From: an uncultured Methylomirabilota bacterium
GTDB lineage: Bacteria; Methylomirabilota; Methylomirabilia; Methylomirabilales; 2-02-FULL-66-22
Direction: 5' to 3'
Length of the DNA stretch: 64,000 nt
Assembly: GCA_963705305.1 (NCBI GenBank)
Contig: OY970067.1
Span: 960,001-1,024,000, forward strand
Each line of letters opens with the position of its first letter. Position 1 is the stretch's first letter. Shown here in pieces: positions 28,859 through 38,872 of the stretch. Under the pieces are notes generated by a model. It ran no database searches. It was not told where the DNA came from and saw only the letters and a program-made list of their open reading frames with translations. The translations under genes and the position numbers were made by a program.

Positions 28859-30057
28859 GGGGCCCCGTGAAGGAACAGCCCCCCGCCGCCCCCAGCCTCA
28901 TCGTCGTCCCGCCGAGCCTGGTCCTGGCGGGAGGTGTCCTCTTCTTTGCCCTGCTGTATCATCGCCACGACCTCATCATCCTGTCGCTGCTGGTCCTCGG
29001 CGCGGCGGCGGCCGCCAAGGCGTGGGCGCGAGCGAGTTTTGCCGGACTCGTGTGCCGGTTGTCCGTTGACCGGCGGAAGGCCTTTCCCGGGGAAGCCCTT
29101 CGCCTCAGGCTGGAGGCGGAGAACAGACGGCTCCTGCCGGTGCTCCTCCGGGTGACCGTGCCGGCCGGCGGGCTCCTCGACGACGCGCGCCGGGCGCTCA
29201 CCGGGGAAGGGGGCCTGCTCTGGTACCAGAAGGCGGATTTTGGCTGGGATCTGACGGCCTCCCGCCGGGGGGTGCATCTCCTCGGCCCCCATCACCTCGC
29301 GACCGGCGATCTCTTCGGCTTCTTTTCCACCGAGGGAACGGGGACGGAGGTCCTGCAGATCGTCGTCTTTCCCAGGATCGTTCCGCTCAGACACCTCCCC
29401 CTGCCCCGGCGGGATTTCTTCGGCATTCCCGGCGCCGAAAGCCCCGTCAAGGACCCGGTGTATATCCTCGGCACCAGAGAGTACCAGCACGGCCGGCCGG
29501 CCAGATACATTCACTGGAAGGCCAGCGCCCGCCACCAGCGCCTGCAGGAGAAGCTGTTCGAGCCCACCGAGCAGGAAAAGGTCCTCCTGGCCGTGGACGT
29601 GGAAGCGTTCGCGGATCAGGAGGCCGCCGAGGATTTCGAGCGGATGCTCGAAGCCGCGGCCTCCCTGGCCGTGCACCTGGACCGGGATGGATACGCCGTG
29701 GGGCTGGTCGTGAACGGAACGGTTACGGGGGGGAAGGCGCCGGCGGTGCCCATCGGCAGGGGGCCGGATCAGCTGCCGTCCATCCTGGAGGTCCTGGCCC
29801 GGCTCGACAGGCAGCCCGCGGCGGCGCTTTTGGATGTCATGCGCCGCGGGGTCCCGCTCCCCTGGGGGGTGAGCTGTGTCGGCTTCGCCCGCGACGCGCA
29901 GGGCGGCGTCCTTCCGGCCGTCGAGTCTCTCCTCGCCCGCCGGATACCGGTGATTCTCTTCGTCTCGAAGCCGGCGGGCGGGGCCGCGGCGAGGGGTCGT
30001 GGGCCGGTGGATATCCGCCCGCTGGATGCGCTGCTGCTGGAGGGTACCCCCGAATGA
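28855..30057 (+). CDS. DUF58 domain protein
   Basis: GDLFGFF, REYQHG..RYIHWKASAR; follows MoxR. Confidence 0.88.
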   Translation: MRGPVKEQPPAAPSLIVVPPSLVLAGGVLFFALLYHRHDLIILSLLVLGAAAAAKAWARASFAGLVCRLSVDRRKAFPGEALRLRLEAENRRLLPVLLRVTVPAGGLLDDARRALTGEGGLLWYQKADFGWDLTASRRGVHLLGPHHLATGDLFGFFSTEGTGTEVLQIVVFPRIVPLRHLPLPRRDFFGIPGAESPVKDPVYILGTREYQHGRPARYIHWKASARHQRLQEKLFEPTEQEKVLLAVDVEAFADQEAAEDFERMLEAAASLAVHLDRDGYAVGLVVNGTVTGGKAPAVPIGRGPDQLPSILEVLARLDRQPAAALLDVMRRGVPLPWGVSCVGFARDAQGGVLPAVESLLARRIPVILFVSKPAGGAAARGRGPVDIRPLDALLLEGTPE

Positions 30058-31445
30058 GCGGAGGGGCGTTGTTGCTGTTTCGAGTGCTGACCCACTGCAT
30101 GGAGCTCAGCTGGCTCTGCGCCTGGGCCTCGTTTGCGACGATCGCCACCATGCACCGCCCCTTCCCGCTTTTCGAGGCGACGCTGGCGTTTGTGGGAGCC
30201 TTCATCCTCACCCGCCTTTCCACGGGCAAGGGGTGGCTCGTCCTGGGCATCCTGGGGGCGCAGGCCGCGGGGCTGCTCTGCGCCACCGCCGGCATCCTCC
30301 ACGCCACCTATTTTCCGGCCATCCCCCTCCTGGATCGCTCCTGGATCCCGGCGCTCTTCCACGCGGCCAGGACCCCCGTCGACTGGATGACTCTTTTCCT
30401 GAACCTGGTCTGGGCGATCCTCTTCTGGGGGGGCGGCGTGGCTCTTGCCAGGCGGCCGGTCGAGCATGCGGTCGTCTGCTCGCGCTTCGACGCCGGCGCC
30501 GCTGCCCTGCTCATCCTCTTCCTGGTCCGGTGGCTGGCGGCCGCCAACGGCGGGGCGGTGGACGATTCCGTGTCTCACCTGTTCGTCTATCCCTTTTTCG
30601 TGGCCGGTCTGGTGGCCATCGGCATGGCCCATTTGGGAGGAGACAGCGAGCGGCACTTCCTCCCCGGCGCCCGGGGGGTCGGCGTCTTCCTGACGTTTGC
30701 CGCGGCAATCCTGCTCTTCGCTTCCACCCTCAGCCTCTTCTTCCTGCCGTACCTCACGCTGGCGGCCCGGGCGGGTCTGTTCGTGATGAAAGGGACGGCC
30801 GTGGCGCTGAGCCCATTTCTGCTCGCGGTCCTCCGGTTCCTCTTTGCGCCGCGCTCCCTCCGGCCCGAGCCCGAGACAGCAGCTCACCCTTCGACCCTCC
30901 CGCATCCCGTCGACCTCCAGCAGCACGAGGCGTGGTGGATGGTCCTGATCGAGAAGATCCTGGCCTGGGGAGTGGGCGGCCTCCTGATCCTGGCGGGGAT
31001 CGTCGTCCTCGCCGTGGCAGCCTTCTGCCTGGTCCGATACCTCCTGTCCCGGGCGGCCGGCGGACCCGGCCGCCGGGAACACCGGAGCATCCGGTCCGCT
31101 GTTGGCTGGCTTCACAGGCTCTGGGCCTTGCTGTCGGGAATCCCCAAGCGCAAGCAAGGTGCCCCGCGCGCCTGCGATTTCTACCGGGCACTCCTGAGCT
31201 GGGCACGCCGGAGCGGACACCCCCACCTGCCCACCGAGACCCCTTCGGAATTCGGCGCCCGCATGCGCGGCCGCTTCTCCCGGCTAGGACCGGAGATCGC
31301 CCTGATCGTGCATGCCTTCAACCGCGAGTCATATGGAGCGATGCGCCTGGACGCCGTGGAGATAGCGGATTTGTGGACCGCCTGGCGGCGGGTGCGCAGT
31401 CCGCGCTACTGGCCCGCCAGAGTCAAGCAGTGGTGGTCCCGGTAA
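30054..31445 (+). CDS. Multi-TM protein with C-terminal DUF4129-like domain
   Basis: About 10 TM segments; ETPSEF..R and YG motif; third gene of the MoxR operon. Confidence 0.75.
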   Translation: MSGGALLLFRVLTHCMELSWLCAWASFATIATMHRPFPLFEATLAFVGAFILTRLSTGKGWLVLGILGAQAAGLLCATAGILHATYFPAIPLLDRSWIPALFHAARTPVDWMTLFLNLVWAILFWGGGVALARRPVEHAVVCSRFDAGAAALLILFLVRWLAAANGGAVDDSVSHLFVYPFFVAGLVAIGMAHLGGDSERHFLPGARGVGVFLTFAAAILLFASTLSLFFLPYLTLAARAGLFVMKGTAVALSPFLLAVLRFLFAPRSLRPEPETAAHPSTLPHPVDLQQHEAWWMVLIEKILAWGVGGLLILAGIVVLAVAAFCLVRYLLSRAAGGPGRREHRSIRSAVGWLHRLWALLSGIPKRKQGAPRACDFYRALLSWARRSGHPHLPTETPSEFGARMRGRFSRLGPEIALIVHAFNRESYGAMRLDAVEIADLWTAWRRVRSPRYWPARVKQWWSR

Positions 31446-31575
31446 CCGGGAGGGGAGCGGCGCCGCGGGCCCATGGCCCACCCGGGAGCGCGCCCGCCGG
31501 GGCAGGGAGGCGCCGGGATCCCCGGGCGTCGCCGTGGAAGGGCCGCACGACGATGCCCTCTCCCCCGCCCACACT

Positions 31576-31861
31576 TCAGGCGGGGAGCGGGTGCTCCACC
31601 ACGATCTCCCGCGCCACGCCGCGCACGTCCATCTCGTAGTCCAGTCCGACCACCGGCGGGCGGGCGAAGTGCCACGTCAGGCCGGCCGATGGCGGCCAGG
31701 TGCGTCTCCACAGCGCGGAATCCCTCTTCCAGGGGGATCGTGCGCAGGAAGCGGGCGCGCTCGGTCTCGTAGCCCGGCTCGGCCGCCACAGCCGCCGAGT
31801 ACTGGAACACGCCCTTCAGGTAGCGGTAGCCGTCGTCCGGAAACGCGACAAGGTCGCCCAT
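31576..31861 (-). pseudogene. Internally deleted CnbZ-like (2-aminomuconate deaminase-like) gene
   Basis: N-term GYRYLKGVFQYSAAVAAEPGY...AIGRP joined out of frame to C-term LTWHFARPPVVGLDYEMDVRGV. Confidence 0.6.
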
Positions 31862-31936
31862 CCTCAGTCTCCTCGTCCGCTGCAAGGATGCATGTGCCGC
31901 GTGTGCGTATCTTTGGCCGCGCGGAGGGATCCGGCC

Positions 31937-33310
31937 TCAGCGGGAGCTGCGGTCCAGGAAGGCCAGGTAGTCTGCGAAGGGAGCATCTCGCGGGACGAGA
32001 CCGTCCAGGACCGCCTGCTCGAGCCGCCCTTTCAGCTCGCCGATCTGCGGCCCGGCAGGAATGCCGCAATGCTCCATGATAGCCTGCCCGATGCCTTTGG
32101 GCAGGAGGGGACCCCGGCCGTCCTTCTCGGCGAGCTCGGCGGCCCGGTGTTCCAACTCGGCCAGCCGTTTCAGCACACCCTCGCGCACCCCGGGCCGGTG
32201 CGAGGTGACATCGGCCCGGCTGAGGTCGAGGAGATCCCCGAAGGCCTCCCCCGCGTCCCGCATCAGCCGCCGGACCGCGCCGTCCGTCCAGTCCCCTTCG
32301 TACAGGGCCGGCCGTTGATGCAGCGCCACCAGCGTCCGCACCCGCTGGTGCAGCGCCCGGTCGAATCGAAAGCGGCCGGCCGCATCGTCGACGATCCCGA
32401 CCCCCACCATCTCGTGGCCATAGAAGTGGACGTCGCCGGCCGCATCCACCGATCGCGTCGTGACCTTCCCGGCGTCGTGCAGCAGGGCCGCCCAGCGCAC
32501 AGGAAGCCGCGCCGGCGATTGCGCCACCACCGCCACCGTGTGCGGCCAGAGCGCCTTATGGTGAAAGCGCCCCTGATCCGCCTTGAATTCCACCGCCCCG
32601 TGCACTGCCGGCAGGAGATGGGCCAGCAGGCCGCTCCCCGCCAGGAAATCCAGGGCACGATCCACTGCCTGCCCCACCAGGAGCTTGTTCATCTCCACCA
32701 GCCAGCGCTCGCGGCTGACGCTGAGGATCTCGACCGCCAGGTCGCGCACACCCTCCACCAGCTCTGGTTCGGGCTGCATGCCGAGGGTGGCGATGAACCG
32801 GGCGGCGCGCAGCGTGCGCAGCGGGTCCTCCCGGAAGATCACCTGCGGCTCGCCCACCGTCCGCAGAACCCGCCGTCCCAGATCCCGCCCGCCCCCGAAG
32901 GGGTCGATGAACTGCCGGTCCACGGTCATGGCGATGGCGTTGATCGAGAAGTCCCTCCGGGCCAGGTCCGCCTCCAGGTCCGTGCCGAACGTCACGCGGG
33001 GCCTGCGGCTGCCGTTGACGTACACCTCACCGCGGAAGGTCGTGACCTGCACCTCCCGCCTGATTCCCTTCTCCTCCAGGATCGTTCCAACCGTTCCGAA
33101 GCGGCTGCCCACCGTGAACACCGGCAGCCCGCCGCTGCGCAAGACACGGGCACTGTCTTCCGGCAGGGCGCTGGTCGCAAAGTCCAGATCCCTCAGCTCA
33201 TCCAGCGGCGTGCCGCTCAGATGGTCGCGCACGGCCCCGCCCACGAGGTACAGCTCGTATCCCGAGCGGGCGAAGAGATCGAACAGCCTGTGCATCAGAG
33301 ACGTGGACAT
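31937..33310 (-). CDS. CCA-adding enzyme / poly(A) polymerase family nucleotidyltransferase with HD domain
   Basis: LVGGAVRD, DLDFAT, DLARRDFSINA, EDPLRTLRAARF, LLHDAGK. Confidence 0.92.
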   Translation of the reverse strand: MSTSLMHRLFDLFARSGYELYLVGGAVRDHLSGTPLDELRDLDFATSALPEDSARVLRSGGLPVFTVGSRFGTVGTILEEKGIRREVQVTTFRGEVYVNGSRRPRVTFGTDLEADLARRDFSINAIAMTVDRQFIDPFGGGRDLGRRVLRTVGEPQVIFREDPLRTLRAARFIATLGMQPEPELVEGVRDLAVEILSVSRERWLVEMNKLLVGQAVDRALDFLAGSGLLAHLLPAVHGAVEFKADQGRFHHKALWPHTVAVVAQSPARLPVRWAALLHDAGKVTTRSVDAAGDVHFYGHEMVGVGIVDDAAGRFRFDRALHQRVRTLVALHQRPALYEGDWTDGAVRRLMRDAGEAFGDLLDLSRADVTSHRPGVREGVLKRLAELEHRAAELAEKDGRGPLLPKGIGQAIMEHCGIPAGPQIGELKGRLEQAVLDGLVPRDAPFADYLAFLDRSSR

Positions 33311-33355
33311 AGTGCGGGCGCCTCGACCCACGGCAGCCGCCGGGGGCCTGGAGAC

Positions 33356-33388
33356 AAAAAGCCCTAAGACCCGGAGGCCTTAGGGCTT
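33356..33388 (-). terminator. Intrinsic terminator in the 5' leader of the nucleotidyltransferase gene
   Basis: AAGCCCTAAG-N10-CTTAGGGCTT-TTT. Confidence 0.75.
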
Positions 33389-33419
33389 CAAGAAATTGCA
33401 ACAGACGGCCCGATGATGC

Positions 33420-33542
33420 CTAAGGCTCCCTTCCGGCACGGGACGGACCGGGTGCAAAGACCGATGGGAAGCAGGCGAATTGCGCTCCTCCCACACCGAC
33501 CTGCCGGTCCCGCCCAGCGCGTTTGTGGCGATCGTGCCGCAC
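33420..33542 (-). CDS. Putative 40-aa leader peptide (uORF)
   Basis: GGGAGAG then GTG; MRHDRHKRAGRDRQ...AGREP; stop lies in GCCTTAGG, complementary to the terminator 5' arm. Confidence 0.4.
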   Translation of the reverse strand: MRHDRHKRAGRDRQVGVGGAQFACFPSVFAPGPSRAGREP

Positions 33543-33575
33543 GTTCAGGCTCTCCCTGGGTCAAAAAGCGGCTTG

Positions 33576-33604
33576 ACTATCCTTCAGCACCAATGCCGTG
33601 TCAA
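33576..33604 (-). promoter_or_regulatory. Sigma-70 promoter
   Basis: TTGACA-N17-GATAGT. Confidence 0.6.
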
Positions 33605-33635
33605 GGAGAAACGGTCGCCGGCCGGGACCGGGGGC

Positions 33636-34205
33636 TCAGGGTGCCGCCAGCAGGTCCTCCAGGAGCTGGCGCATGGCTTCGTAGCTGGTCGAACCAACCT
33701 GGGATTTCACGATGCGCCCATCCTTGGTCGCCAGGAAGAAGGTGGGAACTCCCTCCAGACGGTAGGCATCGGCGATGCTTTGGTTTCCCACGAGGTAGGG
33801 CCACGGATGCTTTTCCAGCCGGGCAAAGGACTGGATGCGAGCCACATCCCGGTGGAACCCCACGGTCAGGAACTGGATGCGCTTCCCATACTCCGCATAC
33901 AGTCGCAGGAGGATGGGCGCCATGTCCTGGCAGTGGGGGCAGTCGGGGGACATGAATTCCAGGAGGAGTGGCTTCCGGCCCAGGAACTCCTCCAGGGTGT
34001 GGGCATGCCCATCTATGTCCCACGTGGCGAAGGGCTGGACGGAGGTCAGCGGGGTCTCGGCTGCGAGTGCCGACCCCGAACCGGGCAGAAATCCGGTGAG
34101 GCCAATTGCCACCCCAACCACCACGGCCAGCCGCACAAGACGTCGGACCGCGCGCGACCGGAGCACGCCCGGTTCGAGAGACCTTTCGATTCGATGGTCA
34201 CGCAT
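33636..34205 (-). CDS. TlpA/ResA-like exported thioredoxin
   Basis: CPHC, GVPTFF cis-Pro loop, N-terminal anchor. Confidence 0.88.
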   Translation of the reverse strand: MRDHRIERSLEPGVLRSRAVRRLVRLAVVVGVAIGLTGFLPGSGSALAAETPLTSVQPFATWDIDGHAHTLEEFLGRKPLLLEFMSPDCPHCQDMAPILLRLYAEYGKRIQFLTVGFHRDVARIQSFARLEKHPWPYLVGNQSIADAYRLEGVPTFFLATKDGRIVKSQVGSTSYEAMRQLLEDLLAAP

Positions 34206-34749
34206 GATTCGTCTCGATTTCCCCCGTTGCCGACGCCGCTCGCCAGGCCAGCACCGCCGCTACGAAGGCGCCAGCCAGCAAGGCCAGGGCCGTCAGGCAG
34301 TACGGACAGGCCGCACCGATCACGAACACTTCTATCCAGGTCATCCCGAGCTCATAGGCCAATCCGCAGCCCGCCGTCAGCGCGAGGATGCCCGGCAGCC
34401 GGTGGAGGCTTCGCCCCCCGCCGGCCAGCCGCCAGGCCGCCAGGCCGAACAAGAACGCGAAGCCCAGCAGGCCGATCAGGGCCACCGGGATTCCGGCAAT
34501 CTCCGCGTACGGGCTGGCCAGCACCTTATCGCACGAGATGGTCTCCGTAAAGCTGCACAACCCCCTCTTGGGGTTGCCCGCGATCACCAGGTGCAGGTGC
34601 AGCAGGTACGCGGCGACCCCCGCCCCCGCCAGCGTGAAGAGCAGGACGAACACGAGGCTCCGTCGCTCTCGGGTCGTTACTCCGCCTCCGCCAGGAGGGC
34701 CAGAAGCCGGCTCGAATCCCCCTTCCGTCTTCATGCGGTCGTGCGGCAT
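34198..34749 (-). CDS. Vitamin K epoxide reductase (VKOR) family protein
   Basis: CSFTETISCDKVLASPYA, GIPVALIG, CPYC. Confidence 0.92.
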   Translation of the reverse strand: MPHDRMKTEGGFEPASGPPGGGGVTTRERRSLVFVLLFTLAGAGVAAYLLHLHLVIAGNPKRGLCSFTETISCDKVLASPYAEIAGIPVALIGLLGFAFLFGLAAWRLAGGGRSLHRLPGILALTAGCGLAYELGMTWIEVFVIGAACPYCLTALALLAGAFVAAVLAWRAASATGEIETNHA

Positions 34750-35047
34750 GGAATCTTCTCCCGGATATGGTCGCCCATCTTTATACCGCATGGACGGACT
34801 CATCGCAACAGTGCGGGCTCAGGACGGCGCATAGGCGCGCCGAACCGCACATGTCTCTCTCGGGCCGGCGGCCCGCCCTCGAGACGCTGCATCATGCGGA
34901 TTTCTCTCCCCCATGGGAGAAGGCCCGCCTATCGTGAAGAACCTGGGATGTGAGGGGGCAGCCCGGAGGGTCGGAGAAGACGGGGCTCACGCTGCCGGAT
35001 AACGACGCAACCGAGATCACGGCGATGTCTCAGCCCATCCTCGCCGC

Positions 35048-35518
35048 CTACGCCGTCCGGAGCGAGGCGACCAGGCGCTTGGGGCGAAGCAGAAGATCCA
35101 AGGCATCCTCGACGGAGGTCACCACGAGGTCCGCCGCCAGCAGGGATCGGACCGCTGCCCCTTCCCGCCCGACGACAACGATACCCAGCGCCGCCTCGCG
35201 GAGCATCGCCTCGTCATTCATGCCGTTGCCGATGGCGACCGTGTTTGCCCTTCCCAGGGCCTCGACGGCCGCCGCCTTGGCCCGGACCTGATCCTCCCGC
35301 CCGAGACGCACGACGCGGGCCCCGAGCCCTTCCAGGCCGGCGGCGGTCCCGAACGTGTCCGCCGTCAGGATCTGCACCTGAAGGGAGGCGGCCAGGGACC
35401 TCACCCGCTCCATTACGTCGGGAGGCACCTGTCCGTCCGTCGCCAGGGTCCCGTTCAAGTCGAGGACCAGGTGCTCCACTTCCAGGGGATCGCGCCCCGG
35501 CACTTCCACGCGAATCAT
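35048..35518 (-). CDS. HAD-family hydrolase (soluble P-type ATPase-like)
   Basis: LDLNGTLATDG, LTADTFG, IGNGMND. Confidence 0.88.
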   Translation of the reverse strand: MIRVEVPGRDPLEVEHLVLDLNGTLATDGQVPPDVMERVRSLAASLQVQILTADTFGTAAGLEGLGARVVRLGREDQVRAKAAAVEALGRANTVAIGNGMNDEAMLREAALGIVVVGREGAAVRSLLAADLVVTSVEDALDLLLRPKRLVASLRTA

Positions 35519-35560
35519 CTCCTCACCTCTCGAATTCCACTCGGCTACCCGCCCTCCGGC

Positions 35561-36247
35561 TCAGCGGGGCCGTGAAGACTCCGCCGCCACAGAGGGCGTC
35601 AGGGTTGCCGCCTGCGCCAGCGCATCCCCCAGCGGGACCGGGGCCTGGAGCTCCCGCGCGGGCCACGGGAACAGGAGGCTCCACCAGCGAAGGCGCCGCA
35701 AGCGATCCCCCGCCCCCTGGCGCACCACGCGTTTCAGGCGGGGAAGCGAGAAGTCCCGCGCGTGCCCCAGCAAGGCCTGGTGCGACTGCGGTCCCCACCG
35801 GCGCGAGACGCCACCGACGCTCCACCGGTTGAGGACGATCAGGAGGATGCCCCGGCGCACCACCCGGACGACCTCGGCCAGGACCTGCCCGGGGTCCTCC
35901 AGGAACTCGAGCGCCGTCACGAAGATCGCCAGGTCCAGCGACCCGTCGCGAAAAGGGAGATGGTGGGCATCCCCGAGCACCATGGGCGGTCCGGGCTCGT
36001 GTCCGCGACCCTCCGAAAGCATGGCCGGCGAGCGGTCGAGGCCCACAACCCTCCACCCCTCGTCCCGCAGCCACCGCGTGAAATGGCCAGTGCCGCAGCC
36101 GACCTCCAGGATACTTTGCGCCCCGGGAAACTCCCGCAGCAGCCGGACCAGCGCGGCGCGCTCGGCCCGATCCACCCGCGCCCCCCACCGCGAGGCATAC
36201 CAGCTCTCGTACTTGGCCGCCTCCCGCTCGAACGGCGTCCAGGGCAC
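35561..36247 (-). CDS. Class I SAM-dependent methyltransferase
   Basis: ILEVGCGTG, GDAHHLPF. Confidence 0.9.
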   Translation of the reverse strand: MPWTPFEREAAKYESWYASRWGARVDRAERAALVRLLREFPGAQSILEVGCGTGHFTRWLRDEGWRVVGLDRSPAMLSEGRGHEPGPPMVLGDAHHLPFRDGSLDLAIFVTALEFLEDPGQVLAEVVRVVRRGILLIVLNRWSVGGVSRRWGPQSHQALLGHARDFSLPRLKRVVRQGAGDRLRRLRWWSLLFPWPARELQAPVPLGDALAQAATLTPSVAAESSRPR

Positions 36248-36259
36248 AGCCGTTGCCTC

Positions 36260-36502
36260 TCAGATCGGGCAGGCGTTCGAGACCGTCAAGGTCATGACGA
36301 CATGGCCGGTCTCGGCCGCCTGCGAGAAGCCGTCCCGCAGAGCAGCAAAGAGGGTGTCCCCCTCACCCGTGATGATCGTACTCATCGGGCCGATGGTTGT
36401 CGCCAGCCCCGAGGCTTTGAGCGTGTCGGTGAAAGCTCGGATGCCCGGGGCCAACGACTCCTGCCGCAAGGAATACAGGCTGACCTGCACGCTTATCACC
36501 AT
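36260..36502 (-). CDS. YkoF/thiamine-binding family small protein
   Basis: QVSLYSL, GPMSTIITGE, SNACP. Confidence 0.8.
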   Translation of the reverse strand: MVISVQVSLYSLRQESLAPGIRAFTDTLKASGLATTIGPMSTIITGEGDTLFAALRDGFSQAAETGHVVMTLTVSNACPI

Positions 36503-36823
36503 GGCTCACATCCTCCCGGGAAGGGCCAGGACCGGACACCCGTGCCCCGAATCGCCGCGCCCAGGCCAGGCCGCAGCGGACGGCAATTCGCGACACCTCG
36601 CTCATATCGGTGGGGCAGAGGATGCGACGGGGCGGAATGTGCGTCATCGCCTGGATCCTTTCGCATGAAAGTCCTGCGGGCTCTCTTTGGTTCGATCCAG
36701 GGACGGGGTCAATGATTCAGAAAAGGCCTCGCCGCTACCGGGGTGTCGCGACACCCGACCGACGCCGCCTTGGGGAAGCGGGCGACCAGGCCTGGAAGGC
36801 CTTTCTGGGAGCCCTGAGGCTTC

Positions 36824-37051
36824 TTATCCGGCGGCCTCCAACCGGCTTCGCCCTGACGGGGTGAGGGCGTACGCTCCGTCTCGCTCCTCTGCCAGTTCGG
36901 CCTGGACCAGCTCTCGCAGCCCACTCCGAATCCGGTAGAGCGGCATGAGCACCTGCTGGGCGACCTCTTCCGGCTTCCGCGGGGATCGCAGCACGTGGAG
37001 GATCGCTCGCGCCACGGGCTCCATCGTCCCGTCAGCATTGAAGCAGGGCAT
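36824..37051 (-). CDS. Small winged-helix protein
   Basis: MPC..DG, PLYRIRSGLRELVQA, YALTPSG; follows peroxiredoxin. Confidence 0.7.
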   Translation of the reverse strand: MPCFNADGTMEPVARAILHVLRSPRKPEEVAQQVLMPLYRIRSGLRELVQAELAEERDGAYALTPSGRSRLEAAG

Positions 37052-37062
37052 CGCGTCTCCCC

Positions 37063-37755
37063 CTACTTCGGCAGGTCACGCTTGCAGAAGTACCAGTCGG
37101 CGCACTCGAAGCCGGCCTTGACCCGTTCCTCGGCCGCCTCGGCTGTTTTCGGCGGAGGCACGATGACCTTCTCGCCGGGCTTCCAGTTGGCCGGTGTCGC
37201 CACGCCGTGCTTGTCCGTGGTCTGCAAGGCATCGATTAGGCGGAGGATCTCCGCCATATTCCGTCCCGTCGTCAGCGGGTAGTAGATCATGGCCCGCAGG
37301 ACGCCGGTGGGGTCGATCACGAAAACACAGCGGCTGGTCTCCGTCTTGCTCTCCCCGGGCATGATCATGCCGTACAGCGACGCAACTTCTTTGTTGAGAT
37401 CGGCGATGATGGGGAACGGGATCTTGACCTTGAAGTGCTGCTCGATGTTGCGCATCCAGGCGATATGCGAATAGGTGCTGTCGATGCTGAGACCCATCAG
37501 CTCGACGTTCCGCTTCTTCAGCTCCGGGGCGATCTCGGCGAAGGCGATGAACTCGGTGGTACAGACCGGTGTGAAGTCCGCGGGATGCGAGAACAGGATC
37601 AACCAGCTCCCCTTGAAGTCTTCCAGGCGGATCGTCCCGTGGGTGGTCTCGGCCTGGAAGGCGGGGGCCGGCGCCCCCAGGCGCGGCATGGCGGGCGGTG
37701 CCTTCTGCTCGATGGTCGGTTCCACAGAACCCTCCTTTCGGATTCCTTCCTGCAT
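37063..37755 (-). CDS. Peroxiredoxin (Prx6/archaeal-type AhpC)
   Basis: FSHPADFTPVCTTE, GRNMAEILR, CADWYFC. Confidence 0.95.
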   Translation of the reverse strand: MQEGIRKEGSVEPTIEQKAPPAMPRLGAPAPAFQAETTHGTIRLEDFKGSWLILFSHPADFTPVCTTEFIAFAEIAPELKKRNVELMGLSIDSTYSHIAWMRNIEQHFKVKIPFPIIADLNKEVASLYGMIMPGESKTETSRCVFVIDPTGVLRAMIYYPLTTGRNMAEILRLIDALQTTDKHGVATPANWKPGEKVIVPPPKTAEAAEERVKAGFECADWYFCKRDLPK

Positions 37756-37958
37756 TGTCCGCCCTCCCGGGGGTCCGGGTCCTGAAGCCACCCACACCCC
37801 CAGGAGGAGCAGTTCTCCTGCGCGAAGGGTTGTATTTTGTCAGGGTACCGGAGAGAAGGCAAGCCGCAAGTGGCTCGATACGGCCCCTTTGGCTGGCTGT
37901 GGATCTCGCTCTTAACGTCGAGTGCCCCACGCCGGTGGTGGCGGGCTATCAACGACCT

Positions 37959-38624
37959 TCACGCGCCGGCCTGGGCTCCTGGGCTCTTGACAGCCGTGAG
38001 AATCCGGCTCGCGCCCGGGGGCACTACCTCCTTGCTTACCTCAGGAAACACCGCCCCCAGCTCTTGCCCCTCTCCGCCCAGGAAGGCGCGGGCCCCTTCC
38101 GCTCCGATGATTGCCAGCCGGAGAGACAGCAAGAGGCGCAGCAGGGGCCGCGTCGGGATCTCGTGCTCCATGACCAGGAACCGACCAGCGAGGGAGAGGA
38201 TCCGTTCCACCTCTCGCATCATGCGCCTGCGCCCATCGCCCTTCAGCTCGTACAGGGCGTAGGCGCACGTCACCGCGTCAAACGCCCCCGCCCCGAACGG
38301 GAGGGCCGACGCATCGGCCAGAATCCACCGGATCGAGGTCAGGCCTTTCCGGTGCGCCGCCTGCGCCGCTCGCGCCAGCATCCCCCCCGAGAAATCCAGG
38401 CCCACGATCAGGCATTCACTCCCGAACCGCTCTGCCAGGGCGCAGGTCACGGCGCCGGTCCCGCAGCACAGATCCAGGATGCGTCCCTGCGGACGTGGGG
38501 CCACGCGCTCGGCCAGCGCGCGGCGCATCGGCCCCGTCGGATCGCCCGCGTGCCACGCAACGAAGCGGTCATACACCCGGGCGAACAGGTCGTAGTACCG
38601 CCGTCGCAAGCGGCGCCTGTCCAC
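37959..38624 (-). CDS. UbiE-like SAM-dependent methyltransferase
   Basis: ILDLCCGTG, GLDFSGGML, ADASALPF. Confidence 0.88.
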   Translation of the reverse strand: MDRRRLRRRYYDLFARVYDRFVAWHAGDPTGPMRRALAERVAPRPQGRILDLCCGTGAVTCALAERFGSECLIVGLDFSGGMLARAAQAAHRKGLTSIRWILADASALPFGAGAFDAVTCAYALYELKGDGRRRMMREVERILSLAGRFLVMEHEIPTRPLLRLLLSLRLAIIGAEGARAFLGGEGQELGAVFPEVSKEVVPPGASRILTAVKSPGAQAGA

Positions 38625-38634
38625 CAGCCTGGCC

Positions 38635-38838
38635 TCAAAGCCGCGCCAGGATGCCGCCCAGCCGCCGGAAGACGATCGCCCCCTCGATGATCAGCCAGGC
38701 CAGCTCGACCAGGAGAGGCTCCTGCTTCCCTTTGCTCTGTTTCGCCGGCAGCCGGTGCTCAGGCGGCGACACCTCCGCCGGGACCTCCGCGGGCCCGGGA
38801 TTGGCAAGCGCTCGGCCCTGCTCGCTCATGGCTCTCAT
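38635..38838 (-). CDS. Small hypothetical protein
   Basis: GAGGAGGG RBS; fills the gap in a co-directional operon. Confidence 0.45.
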   Translation of the reverse strand: MRAMSEQGRALANPGPAEVPAEVSPPEHRLPAKQSKGKQEPLLVELAWLIIEGAIVFRRLGGILARL

Positions 38839-38872
38839 CCCTCCTCGTGCCCGGCAGCCGGCCGAGCCCCCC

